Position numbers and translations under genes: made by a program. DNA of 33,505 nucleotides from Deltaproteobacteria bacterium (GTDB lineage: Bacteria > Desulfobacterota > Binatia > Binatales > Binataceae), in contig JAJYVB010000002.1 of NCBI GenBank assembly GCA_021792265.1, forward strand, positions 1 through 33,505, given 5' to 3'. Under the pieces are notes generated by a model. That model did not search any database. It worked only from the letters and a program-made list of their open reading frames with translations, and was not told the DNA's origin. Positions 1-9,477 of the stretch are shown piece by piece (the first letter of the stretch is position 1; every line of letters begins with the position of its first letter).

Positions 1-2
1 TC

Positions 3-965
3 GACGTGTTCCGCAGCAGTGCCGCTCGTTCGGGTGGAAACCATCGTGTGCGCGCCGTGCGTCTGCCCGCGCGCCGGCTGAAGCTTAACGCCTCGGTGCA
101 GCTCAAGCGCGTATTTGTCCACCACGTCGAGCTTCGGAATTTCGCTTGCGCTATCAACGGACGGGGCACCCGATGGGAAGTCAGAAACCTGTCGGCCCGC
201 GCGCTGCACGGGAGGCTCAAGATGCGCGCGGCGTGGGATGCGCGAACCGGCCGCGTATACGTCACGGCCAATCTCTACCGGATGAACATTCAGAGGCTGC
301 TTGCGCGGCTTTCGCGCAGCAGCCAACCGCCTGTGTCGGGTGAGCTAAGCGCCAAGCTCAACGCGGGGCTGGCACTCATCAGCGGAAGCCAGCCGCAGCC
401 GCTATGCGGCGATTCAACGATTATCATGACGAACGGCACCCTCGGAAGAGTTCAATTGCTTTCGGAAATTGTGCAACTGGTTAGCGTTGCGAGCTGGTTG
501 CGGTTCCAGGCCCCGGACCTCAACACGGGCATGCCGTACGACCGGATTATAATTCAGACCGCGCTGACACCGCACGCTCTAGAGGTTCGCCACCTACAGC
601 TTTCCAGCGACCTGCTGGGGCTCGCGGGACACGGCAGGATCGCCCTGCCCGACCGGACGCTGGACCTGCATGTCCAGGCGCTACCCTTGGCCTCGCTGCG
701 CTGGCTACTAAGCCACTTGCCGCTTGCGGGCGCGCGCCTCGGCAAGGCTCTCAACCGCATCTTCGCCGTGAGAATCCGGATCAGCGGACCGGCCGCCGCA
801 CCAAATGTTTCACCGGAGCTATTCAGAAATCCGCTTGAAGCGCTCACCGACGTCATCGAGCTGCCACTGGACTTTGTGCCCGAGTCTGACCTTCCGAGTG
901 ACGTCATGTTCAAGCCGCCGCGCACGCTGAGCTACCGGAAAAACTGCTCGCCGTATCAATGGTGA
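3..965 (+). CDS. 3' part of a large envelope-associated protein, AsmA-family/DUF3971-like C-terminal region (5' end outside the window)
   Basis: The frame is open from the window edge (GTG at 6 is only the first start-like codon) to TGA at 963-965. The tail has a beta-rich pattern (GRIALPDRTLDLHVQA ... RIRISGP) that I associate with AsmA-like C-termini. The family call rests on that pattern only. Confidence 0.4.
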   Translation, partial: DVFRSSAARSGGNHRVRAVRLPARRLKLNASVQLKRVFVHHVELRNFACAINGRGTRWEVRNLSARALHGRLKMRAAWDARTGRVYVTANLYRMNIQRLLARLSRSSQPPVSGELSAKLNAGLALISGSQPQPLCGDSTIIMTNGTLGRVQLLSEIVQLVSVASWLRFQAPDLNTGMPYDRIIIQTALTPHALEVRHLQLSSDLLGLAGHGRIALPDRTLDLHVQALPLASLRWLLSHLPLAGARLGKALNRIFAVRIRISGPAAAPNVSPELFRNPLEALTDVIELPLDFVPESDLPSDVMFKPPRTLSYRKNCSPYQW

Positions 966-1338
966 CTGGCGAGCCTAGATGGGGAAAAGCCGTGGCACTC
1001 GCGTCGCAGGTCAAAACCGACGGAAGTCTGGATGGCCGTTGAACGCAGCGATGGAAATCGAAGCGACAAGTTGTTCGCCGACGTCCAATGAAACAGCTGA
1101 AGCCTCCCAGCGGCGTCCCATTGAACTACTCGCGGCGGGTGAAACCGGTTTCGTACGAGCCTCGATTCGTTTTGACCCTTCAAGTGCATTGTTAATTCCG
1201 CGAATGGCCGCCAGGCAACGAATCGGTGCGAATAAGCATAGCGTGCATCTTGCCGGGCGCCAGACTTAGCGGCGGTTAGTGGTACGATCCCTGGCAACAG
1301 GCTTCGGTTCACAAGTGTCAGTGATCGGGACGCGGCGA

Positions 1339-1890
1339 ATGAAATCCAGGTTGCTTATGGCGGCATTTATTGCCGCCAGCGCGACGTTCGGATGCAGCGT
1401 TCAACAGCAGGCGGCCAGTGCCCCGCCGGCAAAGCCGCTGTCAGTGCGGCCCTTGCCGTTCAAGGGCAAGCTGGTTGACGGCGACCCGCGCGAGCTCCCG
1501 CCCGCGGTCGCGATGTCGCTATCCAGTACTTCGCCGGTCTCCTTTATGTATCGTGAAGAATTGACCCACGATGAGCATCATACCCCTCTGATCCTCTCCG
1601 CACTGAATCCGGCCACCTATGCGGGCTATCCGCTGGGAGAGTATGGCGTTACCGCGTTCGCCTCGCTGTCGATCCTCGACGGCAAGCGGATTCTGGGCGA
1701 TTACGTCGCGAAGATTCACGTTTCGGAGCCTTACAGTCTCTACGCCGCGCCAACGCACGCGCAACTGGATCGGTCCGCGCGTGCGGCCGTTCGCGAGAAG
1801 ATCGATGAGAAGCTGTACCGCGATGCCGACCGACTGGCGCAGGCCCTCACCAGCAGCGCCGGAGTATCGGCTGACGGGGCCGGCCGATGA
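1339..1890 (+). CDS. hypothetical lipoprotein
   Basis: The internal ATG at 1339 (the ORF track starts at 1279) gives MKSRLLMAAFIAASATFG|C, with a charged n-region, hydrophobic core and lipobox-like Cys. Its stop overlaps the next start (ATGA at 1887-1890). No family recognised. Confidence 0.6.
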   Translation: MKSRLLMAAFIAASATFGCSVQQQAASAPPAKPLSVRPLPFKGKLVDGDPRELPPAVAMSLSSTSPVSFMYREELTHDEHHTPLILSALNPATYAGYPLGEYGVTAFASLSILDGKRILGDYVAKIHVSEPYSLYAAPTHAQLDRSARAAVREKIDEKLYRDADRLAQALTSSAGVSADGAGR

Positions 1891-2306
1891 ATCGTGCGTT
1901 TGCGGTAGTCCTGCTGTCCGCCGCCCTTCTCGCGGCCGCGGGATGCGCGGTGCAGGGAAGCCGTTTCGTGAGGGTCTACACGCCTCCGGACGAAGCCGTG
2001 ATTTACGTGTACAGGCCGTATAGCTATGCGGGCTCGCTGCTCGATCCGCCAGTGACCTGCGGCAGGGAGACCGCGCGAATCGGCCCCGGAGGCTACTATG
2101 CGTTCGTCGTTCCCGCTCGGCACGTCGTCTGCACCGTGCAGGGAGCGGAAGCCACCGACGAGGTCGAAATCGATCCGCAGCCGCGCGTTCATTATCTCAA
2201 AGAGGAAATCGGGTGGGGCCTGCTGCGAGGCCATCCCCACCTCAATCCGATGGACGCCGACAAAGCTAACGTCGAGATCCAGACCTGCTGCGTGCAACAG
2301 CCTTAG
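1887..2306 (+). CDS. DUF2846-like lipoprotein
   Basis: MNRAFAVVLLSAALLAAAG|C lipobox. The small size and the 'VIYVYRPYS' block match my memory of DUF2846. The 4-bp ATGA overlap with the upstream lipoprotein gene suggests translational coupling. Confidence 0.6.
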   Translation: MNRAFAVVLLSAALLAAAGCAVQGSRFVRVYTPPDEAVIYVYRPYSYAGSLLDPPVTCGRETARIGPGGYYAFVVPARHVVCTVQGAEATDEVEIDPQPRVHYLKEEIGWGLLRGHPHLNPMDADKANVEIQTCCVQQP

Positions 2307-2553
2307 CAGCCGCGCATTTTCTCAGGCATCTGCTGCACCGCCTGCTGGGCAAGCTCCTGATGGTAACGCACGGCGGTTTCATGCGGCGATACCGCGGCGT
2401 CTTGAGCTTGCCCATGCGGTACTTGCGAAAGGGGGATAATAGCGTGGTTCTCGGACTCGTCCCTGCATGGCGAACCTGAGGGGCCGACAAAAAAGCCTCA
2501 AACTTTACATCGGTAGCGCGAACGACCGGCTGACACCAAAGTGCTCGATCGTT

Positions 2554-4836
2554 CTAACTGCGTGGCTGCGCGGGTGCCCGCCTAAGATCGATCCGTGCAA
2601 GCGGGAGTTCTCTGGCCCGCTTGCCGGTCGCCGCGTAAATGGCGTTGCAGAATGCTGGGATGAAGGGTGGGACGCCCGGCTCGCCGACGCCGCCCGGCGG
2701 CGCGCTGCTTTCGACGATATGGACATTCGTTTCGAGTGGAGCATCGTTGATCCGTGCGACGGGGTAGTCATAGAAGTTAGACTGTTCAATGACACCGCCT
2801 GTCGCTGTAATCTCGCCGTTGCGTGCGACGCTGGTCCCGAACACCGCAGCACCTTCGAACTGCGCCGTCACGAACTGCCGATCAACCACCTGGCCGGCGT
2901 CCACCGCCATGTCGACGCGCGGGATCTTAATCCCTCCCTTCTCGCTCACCTCCACCTGAACCACTGCCGCGACATAAGTCACGAAGCTGCGATGCACCGC
3001 GACGCCCCAGCCAACACCATTCCCGGGCTTGCGTTTTGCCCATCCTGACCTTTCCGCCACCAGCTCCAGAACCTGCCGCAAACGCCCGGTGTCAATCGGG
3101 TAGGCCTTATACGACGCGCCATAATTCGGATAGTCCGCGCCATTAAGGTCTAGGATCCTTGCCGGACCTATCAATTCTAATAGATACTCGACCGGATCGC
3201 GGCCGGCCGCGTGCGCCAGCTCGTCGGCAAAAGTCTGTACACCGAAAGCGTGGTAAACATTCGCCACCGACCGCAGCCATCCGATGCGCACATGCGCGCT
3301 TGCCGCACCGTTCTCTATGCGCAGATTAGGTAGATTAAAGGGAATATCGGTCCATCCTTGCTGCAACTGTCCCGGGGCACCATATACGGCGCCTGTCTCG
3401 AACAGCGATGCGATTGGCGGAAAGGTTGAGCGCTGCAGCCATGCGATTGGCCGGCCGCTCGGTTCCAGCGCCGCCTCCATGTGCATTGCCGCTGCGGAGT
3501 TGTAGTAGTCAAACTTGATGTCATCCTCTCGCGACCAGGTAACCTTTACCGGACGGCCTGACACCTTCGAGAGATATGCCGCCTCGACAGTGAAATCGGC
3601 CATCGATTTGCGCCCGAAGGCGCCACCGAGTCGCGTGACGTGACAGGTCACATTGTTGGCCGGTATATGAAGCTTCTTCGCAATCGTCCCACGCACTGTC
3701 ATTGGGTCCTGCGTCGGTGCCCAAACCGTGACGTGACCGTCGCGGTATTCGGCAAGCGCCGCTGGAGGTTCCATCGGAGCATGCGCCAGCAGCGGCACGT
3801 AGTAATCCGCTTCGAAGGTCTTACCATGCTTGGCGAATACGGCGGCGACGTCGCCAATATTGCGGACTACCCTACCCTGTTTGCGCGAAGTTTCTGTCAA
3901 CTCGTTGTGATATTTTTGGGAATCGTAAGCCGCGTTGGGGCCATTTTCCCAGTCAACCTTCAGCTTCTGGCGACCGCGCATCGCTGCCCAGGAATTGTCG
4001 GCCAGCACCGCAACTCCGCCCAGTGGCTGATATGCAACCGGCGGCACATAGGGTGGAATCAACACGACCTGGCGAACGCCCGCGACCCGCAACGCCTCTT
4101 TGTCGTCGTACGACTTGGACCTTCCGCCGAAAACCGGAGGCCGTTCGACCGAGGCGTATAGCATTCCTTCGAGGTGTTGATCGATTCCAAACAGCGGCTG
4201 TCCTGTACACAGGCCGACCAGGTAATAATCGGCAACCGCCTTTCCAATATACCGCCAGGCACTTTTTGGTTTGAGCTGCAGCCTGGAACTGACGGGCACC
4301 GCCAACTTCGAGGCCGCAACCGCCAATTGTCCATAGGTGGCCTTCCGGCCTGACCTGCGATGAATGACGTTACTCAGTTCGGCCTCGCACTCGGCGGGCG
4401 CAACGCGCCATTGGTTTGCTGCTGCTTCGATCAGCATCATTCTCGCAGCGGCCCCGCATTGGCGCATCAGGTCGAAGAAACTTCGTACCGAATGCGAGCC
4501 GTCGGTGTCCTGATCGCCGTACCGGGGGTCGCCGTCAGCCTGATGAATTCTGACCTTCGTCCAGTCGGCGTCGAGTTCTTCAGCGAGAATCAAGGGAAGA
4601 ACCGTGCCCGTCCCGGTACCCATCTCGGAACGTGCCGCAACGATCGATATTGCGTCGTTCGGCTCGACCGCAACAAACACGTTTGGGCGCAATACCGCAT
4701 TTTTGCCGTCAGGCCGGGCGAGCGACACACTCGCCCACAGAGTCTCGGGCGCCACCGACGCACCGACCACCAGTGCGCCGGCGGAGAACATGCCGCGGAT
4801 AAACGCGCGGCGGCTCACATTGTATAGCTGCCTCAT
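2554..4836 (-). CDS. molybdopterin-binding subunit of an IorB-type (isoquinoline 1-oxidoreductase beta / membrane aldehyde dehydrogenase-like) xanthine-dehydrogenase-family enzyme, Tat-exported
   Basis: The ORF-track start at 5028 overlaps the upstream gene. ATG at 4836 follows GGAGGG with a 6-nt spacer, overlaps the upstream stop (ATGA at 4833-4836) and gives the twin-arginine leader [29 protein letters not shown]. The 760-aa body is typical of aldehyde-oxidase/XDH Mo-binding domains. Confidence 0.85.
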   Translation of the reverse strand: MRQLYNVSRRAFIRGMFSAGALVVGASVAPETLWASVSLARPDGKNAVLRPNVFVAVEPNDAISIVAARSEMGTGTGTVLPLILAEELDADWTKVRIHQADGDPRYGDQDTDGSHSVRSFFDLMRQCGAAARMMLIEAAANQWRVAPAECEAELSNVIHRRSGRKATYGQLAVAASKLAVPVSSRLQLKPKSAWRYIGKAVADYYLVGLCTGQPLFGIDQHLEGMLYASVERPPVFGGRSKSYDDKEALRVAGVRQVVLIPPYVPPVAYQPLGGVAVLADNSWAAMRGRQKLKVDWENGPNAAYDSQKYHNELTETSRKQGRVVRNIGDVAAVFAKHGKTFEADYYVPLLAHAPMEPPAALAEYRDGHVTVWAPTQDPMTVRGTIAKKLHIPANNVTCHVTRLGGAFGRKSMADFTVEAAYLSKVSGRPVKVTWSREDDIKFDYYNSAAAMHMEAALEPSGRPIAWLQRSTFPPIASLFETGAVYGAPGQLQQGWTDIPFNLPNLRIENGAASAHVRIGWLRSVANVYHAFGVQTFADELAHAAGRDPVEYLLELIGPARILDLNGADYPNYGASYKAYPIDTGRLRQVLELVAERSGWAKRKPGNGVGWGVAVHRSFVTYVAAVVQVEVSEKGGIKIPRVDMAVDAGQVVDRQFVTAQFEGAAVFGTSVARNGEITATGGVIEQSNFYDYPVARINDAPLETNVHIVESSAPPGGVGEPGVPPFIPAFCNAIYAATGKRARELPLARIDLRRAPAQPRS

Positions 4837-5288
4837 ACCCGGCCCTCCGCCGCCGTCTTGATCGCGGCGCGGATACGTTGGTAAGTGCCGCAGCGGCATA
4901 TGTTTCCGGCCATCGCTCTGTCGATGTCCGCGTCCCGCGGTCTGGGATTGCTTTTGAGCAGCGCCGCGGCTTGCATGATCTGTCCGGACTGGCAATAGCC
5001 ACACTGCGGGACGTTCAGTTGAATCCATGCCTTTTGCACCGGATGCAAACCGCTACGCCCAAGTCCCTCGATAGTGGTTATCGTCTCTTCCGCGATAGTC
5101 TTCATAGGCGTTACGCACGAGCGAACTGCCCGGTCGCCGACATGTACGGTGCATGAGCCGCACAGTCCAACTCCGCAACCGAACTTGGTTCCGTAGAGAT
5201 GCAGCTCGTCGCGCAAATACCACAACAGCGGCATCTCGGGATCGCCATCGAATTTTCTTTCAGTTCCGTTCACTTTGAGATGAATCAT
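4833..5288 (-). CDS. (2Fe-2S)-binding small subunit of the IorAB-type molybdenum hydroxylase
   Basis: Carries [11 protein letters not shown] and CGYCQSG ... CRCGTY cluster motifs. TTG at 5309 is the first start-like codon. ATG at 5288 (MIHLKVNG...) is preceded by GGAAAGG and gives the usual ~150-aa size. No signal peptide of its own. Confidence 0.85.
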   Translation of the reverse strand: MIHLKVNGTERKFDGDPEMPLLWYLRDELHLYGTKFGCGVGLCGSCTVHVGDRAVRSCVTPMKTIAEETITTIEGLGRSGLHPVQKAWIQLNVPQCGYCQSGQIMQAAALLKSNPRPRDADIDRAMAGNICRCGTYQRIRAAIKTAAEGRV

Positions 5289-5727
5289 CGGCCTTTCCGC
5301 TTTCTTCAAACGCGGCTCGCTTCATGAATGCGTTTCGGGCCTGCTTTTGCTGAACCGCGCACTTGACACATTGAACGACGACCTTGAACTGGTCATTTAC
5401 AAGCACCAGCTTGCCCCCATCGCTGGTAAAAAGCCCACCGCCGGTCCGTTCCAGTTATAATTGTAGCAACCCACTGGTCGCTCCGCCCCTCTAACGCCTT
5501 GGAAAGCGGCGGTCGAGGAGGCTTGAGCGCTGCTGTTGGCGGACCGCGACCCATGCCGTTCCATCCGTGACACAAAGCGCATCCTTGCTCATGAAGCGCC
5601 TGACCGCTTTGCGCTGCGGCATAGTGAGACCAAACGGAGCCTCGCGACCTTTAGGTGGCGCGAGAAGTCCGATGCCGGCCCGTCCCCGCTTGTTCAACAA
5701 ATCTTATCCCGTGCTTGACGAGGCCGT

Positions 5728-5743
5728 TGGCACCTTTAAGGCT
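5728..5743 (+). promoter_or_regulatory. orphan sigma-54-like -24/-12 box (TGGCACCTTTAAGGCT)
   Basis: GG at 5729-5730 and GC at 5741-5742 have the canonical 12-nt register, and the -24 half is a perfect TGGCAC. It is flanked by direct repeats CTTGACGA at 5714-5721 and 5744-5751. No convincing ORF lies downstream before the convergent gene end at 5988. Confidence 0.3.
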
Positions 5744-5987
5744 CTTGACGAACGGGAATTCGTCTCCAACAACCGTTTGCCAAGATATTAGGAATGCTTA
5801 TTAATTAGGTCAGATCAACAAAGGCTGCGTGATGCAGCGATTGGTGGGTCCGTCGCACCCCATGCTGGACCAAAAGCGCCGCCGTCGGCTCAGCGCTTTT
5901 GCGCACACCCGCGACAGCAGACCGCGCTCGGTGAAGCCTAGGACGCCGGGAATTTCGATTGCTGGCTGCGGGACAGATCGAACCTGT

Positions 5988-7259
5988 TCACGACGGCCGA
6001 TTCTCTTTGAACAGACGCACGAATTCGGCAACCGCCACCTGGGCGAATTCGGGAGTGTAGAGGTCCAGGTCAACTTCTCGGATGCGGTCTTTGTGCCGGA
6101 GGTTTTGCCTCAGATGCTCAACGAAGACAGCGTCGGTTTCCGGTTCGTAAAGCGGACGGCCTTCTTTGTCCAGCGATGACCAACCTCTAAGTGGAATCAG
6201 GAAAGTGAAAGGCCCTTTGGCCTGGTTCAAGCGCTCGGCAATTACCGCGGCCGCCCGCCGAAGTTCCTCAGGCGTGGTGCGAACCTGGACCCGCAGTGAA
6301 TCCATCGCATACTGGCGCCGATCGCGGGTTGCCGCGAGTTTCTCCTCGTTACCGCCGTAACTAAGATGGTCAAGACCGCACGGAGCAAGCACCATCGGTA
6401 TGCCCGTCGCCACAGCCGCCATCAGCCGCTCGGGACCGGGATCACGGTTGCCGCCGAACAGATGCTCGACGATGCCGCCGGTACATATATCAAGTACACC
6501 CTGGAAGGCGCCGTCGCGAATCATTTCCTCCATCGCCTTGTCGCCCTTGCCCTGCGCGTGGCAGGGAACGGGAGTAAAGCCGGCTTTCTCCAGCATGCCG
6601 ATTGCGGCTTGGACCGTCATTTCGCCAGGGCCAAACGAGGTTACCGCAACCAGCGGCTTTTCGGATGTGAAGCTTACTCCCTGGCTCATCTCGACCATTC
6701 CGCATATCGCGCCGACCGCGTTGATGACCTGCGCTTTTAGGAGCGGGTTCATCCTGACGATGTCGAACACGGTGTGGTGCATGGTGATGTCGCGGGTACC
6801 GACGTACTTGTCGATATAGGCCGGATGTGCCGCCATTGGCGATGCCATGACCTTGGGCATGCCAAACGGCAGTTGTTTCATGATGCTGGTCGAGACCAGG
6901 GTAGAGGTGCCGCCGCCGACGCCGAAGATGCCGTGGACTTTGCCTTGCTTAAGCAGATCCCCGACGATAGCGACGGCGCCGCGAATCTGATTTTCGGTGG
7001 CTAGGTGCCGCTTGACCCGGTAATATTCACGCACTTGCTCGATCGGCAGGCCGCCGCGGCGGGCCACCTCTTCACAGGTGATATCGCCCGCAAAAGGCGG
7101 CGGCTCCTCCATGCTGAAGTCAAGCAAATAACAGTCATGTCCACGGCCGCGGATAAGTTCCTTGACTATCGCGATATCTTCGCCGCGGGTATCCAAATTG
7201 CAAACGACAACAATTCCTTTTCGGCAACCTTGAGGGGTTTCTCCATTACTGCCGGTCAT
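5988..7259 (-). CDS. UPF0261 / Tm-1-like ATP-binding domain protein
   Basis: Blocks such as GIFGVGGGTSTLVSTSIM, LVAVTSFGPGE, HAQGKGDKAMEE and GVLDICTGGIVEHLFGG match my memory of UPF0261. ATG at 7259 is preceded by GGAGG with a 7-nt spacer. The ORF-track ATG at 7343 lies inside the predicted -24/-12 promoter. Confidence 0.75.
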   Translation of the reverse strand: MTGSNGETPQGCRKGIVVVCNLDTRGEDIAIVKELIRGRGHDCYLLDFSMEEPPPFAGDITCEEVARRGGLPIEQVREYYRVKRHLATENQIRGAVAIVGDLLKQGKVHGIFGVGGGTSTLVSTSIMKQLPFGMPKVMASPMAAHPAYIDKYVGTRDITMHHTVFDIVRMNPLLKAQVINAVGAICGMVEMSQGVSFTSEKPLVAVTSFGPGEMTVQAAIGMLEKAGFTPVPCHAQGKGDKAMEEMIRDGAFQGVLDICTGGIVEHLFGGNRDPGPERLMAAVATGIPMVLAPCGLDHLSYGGNEEKLAATRDRRQYAMDSLRVQVRTTPEELRRAAAVIAERLNQAKGPFTFLIPLRGWSSLDKEGRPLYEPETDAVFVEHLRQNLRHKDRIREVDLDLYTPEFAQVAVAEFVRLFKENRPS

Positions 7260-7331
7260 AACCGGACCTCCGAATTCACGCTGGCGCCGGCACACGAAGC
7301 CAACTTCGCCGTTCGCACACGCGAAGCAGGG

Positions 7332-7347
7332 AGCAAGGCCCATGCCA
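7332..7347 (-). promoter_or_regulatory. sigma-54 (-24/-12) promoter for the UPF0261 gene
   Basis: The minus strand reads TGGCATGGGCCTTGCT against the consensus TGGCACG-N4-TTGCW, with correct GG/GC spacing. It lies 73 nt upstream of ATG 7259. An AT-rich tract with TTGAC-N6-GTCAA (7418-7433) sits further upstream. Confidence 0.7.
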
Positions 7348-7478
7348 GCCCGAGAGCCCCTTTCTTAATAGTATTCTAGTGGGTTGTACGAGCGCTTGAC
7401 CAAGAGCTCTACGTAATTTGACTATATCGTCAATTTTTGGCTCGCTGCTTCGCAGATTAGGTTGAACGGAACGGGGGG

Positions 7479-9293
7479 CTAGACCGGCTGCCGCTTGCGC
7501 AACCGATAAGCCAATTGAGGTCGCGTGACACCGAGCAGGCGTGCAGCCTTCGACAGATTGCCTTTGCAACGTGCCACCGCTTCCTGCATCAGCTCGGTTT
7601 CCACCTGTTGAAGAGGAGCGGGATGATTTTTCAAAAGGTTGTCAAGAAGTGACGGCGGCGAGGGAAGCGCTTGCGAACCGGGCGGCTGCGGGGCCAACTC
7701 GGCCGTCGCGCCTTGCGAAAGCTCGCCATTCACCAGCCGCATCATCAGGGAAGACAGCCGATCCCCCGACGAGAACAGGTGAGCAACATCGATCATCCCG
7801 CCGTTTTCGACCAGGATTACCGCACGCTCAATAAGGTTTTCCAGCTCGCGGATGTTTCCAGGGTAATCGTATTCGTACAGTGCGCCTATGGCGCTTTCAG
7901 TGAAGCCGGAAACCGCCTTGCCATGTATGGCTGCGAACTTTTGCAAAAAGTGCTCAACAAGCAGAGGGATGTCGTCGCGTCGTTCGCGCAGCGGCGGAAT
8001 GCGAATCGGAAAAACGTTAAGGCGATAAAGCAGATCGGCGCGGAATTGGCCGGAGTCGACCGCCATCTCAAGATCGGCGTTTGTCGCACCTACAATTCGC
8101 ACGTCGACGTGGCGAATGGTGGTGTCGCCGATACGCTCGATTTCCTTTTGTTGAATAGCACGAAGCAGCTTGATCTGGGCAGTCATGGTGAGCGTACCGA
8201 CTTCGTCGAGGAACAAGGTTCCCCCAGCAGCACGCTCAAAACGGCCGGGACGTGACCCGCTCGCACCTGTGTAGCTGCCCTTTTCGACGCCGAACAGCTC
8301 GGACTCGATAAGGCCTTCGGGAATGGCGGCGCAGTTGACCGCGATGAAAGGCTTTCCGGTGCGCCGGCTGCGCCGATGAAGCATGCGCGCGAACATTTCT
8401 TTGCCAACGCCAGTCTCGCCCAGCAGCAGCACCGTGGCCTCGGTCTGTGCGACCTTTTCGACCATGTGGCAGACCGACCGAAAGCCTACCGAGGTACCTA
8501 CTAGGTCGGCCTCTTCGGTGGTCGCCTGCAGTATCGTGCAGACCGGTGAAGCCTGACGCCGACTTGCCTCAGCCCGCGCTCCCAACAACCGCGTCCCGTT
8601 GTCAGGCTGCAGAGCCCGCAAGTCATCTTCGGAAGCGTTCCACTGCCCGATTGGGCGTCCAATCACGCGGCAACAGGCGCTGCCCATGGCGCGGCATTCA
8701 ACTTCACGGAACGTAATCGTGCGCCCCATAAAGCCGGTTGCATAGCCGCATATGTAGCCCAAATGCATCCAGCACGCCGGTGAATTCGATAGGCCGTAGG
8801 CAGCAATGTGAGCGTCTACCTCGAAGGAGTCGTGCCAGGTGAACTCTCCGCTAAAGCGGCCGGTGGCCGGATCGAGGTCGAGATGCACCGGCTCCAGCGC
8901 CGCCGTGCCCTGGATCGCCCGCAGCTGCGGGCCGACCAGGAAGGCGTCGCGGGTGGAATGGTGTGGACGCAGCTTGCGCGCCAGAACCGCGTCGCGCGAT
9001 CCGGAGTTGTAACCCATCCGCGACAATAACCCGCGTGCTTCGTCCATTCCCAAGCACTCGATTAGTTCGCGCCGCAGCGCACTAAGGGTGGATACGTGCA
9101 TCAACGCCACGCGCTCAGAGTCGAGCCAAATGCGGCCTTCCTTCAGGGAAAAACGCACACGCATGGCCAAGTCGTTGATCTCAGGCTGGCTCCGGTCTTC
9201 ATCCGGCTCGACTTCCATTAGCCGACCGGTGGTTAAGCGGCGACGTATCGGTTTGTGCAAATCCGTTGCGCAGCGGGGAGGCATGTTCGACAT
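7479..9293 (-). CDS. sigma-54-dependent transcriptional activator, XylR/DmpR type (aromatic-effector N-terminal domain, AAA+ core, Fis-type HTH)
   Basis: The N-terminal 'RFSLKEGRIWLDSERVALMHVSTLSALRRELIECLG...' plus a V4R-like region resembles XylR/DmpR sensory domains. Walker A is GETGVGKE. The GAFTGA-position loop reads GSYTGA (8262-8279). The C-terminus has KGNLSKAARLLGVTRPQLAYRLRK. The exact start is uncertain because no good SD precedes 9293. Confidence 0.85.
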   Translation of the reverse strand: MSNMPPRCATDLHKPIRRRLTTGRLMEVEPDEDRSQPEINDLAMRVRFSLKEGRIWLDSERVALMHVSTLSALRRELIECLGMDEARGLLSRMGYNSGSRDAVLARKLRPHHSTRDAFLVGPQLRAIQGTAALEPVHLDLDPATGRFSGEFTWHDSFEVDAHIAAYGLSNSPACWMHLGYICGYATGFMGRTITFREVECRAMGSACCRVIGRPIGQWNASEDDLRALQPDNGTRLLGARAEASRRQASPVCTILQATTEEADLVGTSVGFRSVCHMVEKVAQTEATVLLLGETGVGKEMFARMLHRRSRRTGKPFIAVNCAAIPEGLIESELFGVEKGSYTGASGSRPGRFERAAGGTLFLDEVGTLTMTAQIKLLRAIQQKEIERIGDTTIRHVDVRIVGATNADLEMAVDSGQFRADLLYRLNVFPIRIPPLRERRDDIPLLVEHFLQKFAAIHGKAVSGFTESAIGALYEYDYPGNIRELENLIERAVILVENGGMIDVAHLFSSGDRLSSLMMRLVNGELSQGATAELAPQPPGSQALPSPPSLLDNLLKNHPAPLQQVETELMQEAVARCKGNLSKAARLLGVTRPQLAYRLRKRQPV

Positions 9294-9307
9294 TTTTAAA
9301 AAACGGA

Positions 9308-9342
9308 GAATGTGACCCCCTTTTTACCAAATGATCACATTC
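9308..9342. promoter_or_regulatory. inverted repeat GAATGTGA-N19-TCACATTC, candidate upstream activator site
   Basis: Perfect 8-bp arms at 9308-9315 and 9335-9342. It lies about 140-170 bp upstream of the -24 box at 9479 and directly upstream of the activator gene start. Confidence 0.35.
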
Positions 9343-9477
9343 GCGTTAGCTCTGATACGAAAACTTCACCAAATTGTCAAGAAGAAAGATTCGACACGTG
9401 CTGACTCCTTTGGCTACACCTAAATAAAAGCAGGCCTGTGACTGCGCAAAACCCAGAACCGGCGGGCATTCTGCGTC

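Noticed and set aside
979-1312. ORFs 979-1269 (+) and 956-1312 (-) between the AsmA-like tail and the lipoprotein gene
   Set aside because: They overlap each other, are low-complexity and have no RBS or motif. Treated as intergenic.
2307-2553. Open minus-strand frame ending ...RYHQELAQQAVQQMPEKMRGC* between the convergent DUF2846 and IorB-like genes
   Set aside because: About 57 codons with no usable start codon or RBS. At best a gene relic.
4837-5028. 5' extension of the IorB-like ORF to 5028
   Set aside because: It overlaps the 2Fe-2S subunit gene in another frame and encodes low-complexity sequence. ATG 4836 has an SD, an ATGA overlap with the upstream stop and a Tat leader.
5393-5700. 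Possible decayed integrase or transposase remnant on the minus strand (three overlapping short ORFs in different frames)
   Set aside because: The resemblance to P4-type integrase N-termini (..LT....A.....TDG...V.V) was too vague. No catalytic motifs, no repeats and no adjacent att-like sequence were found.
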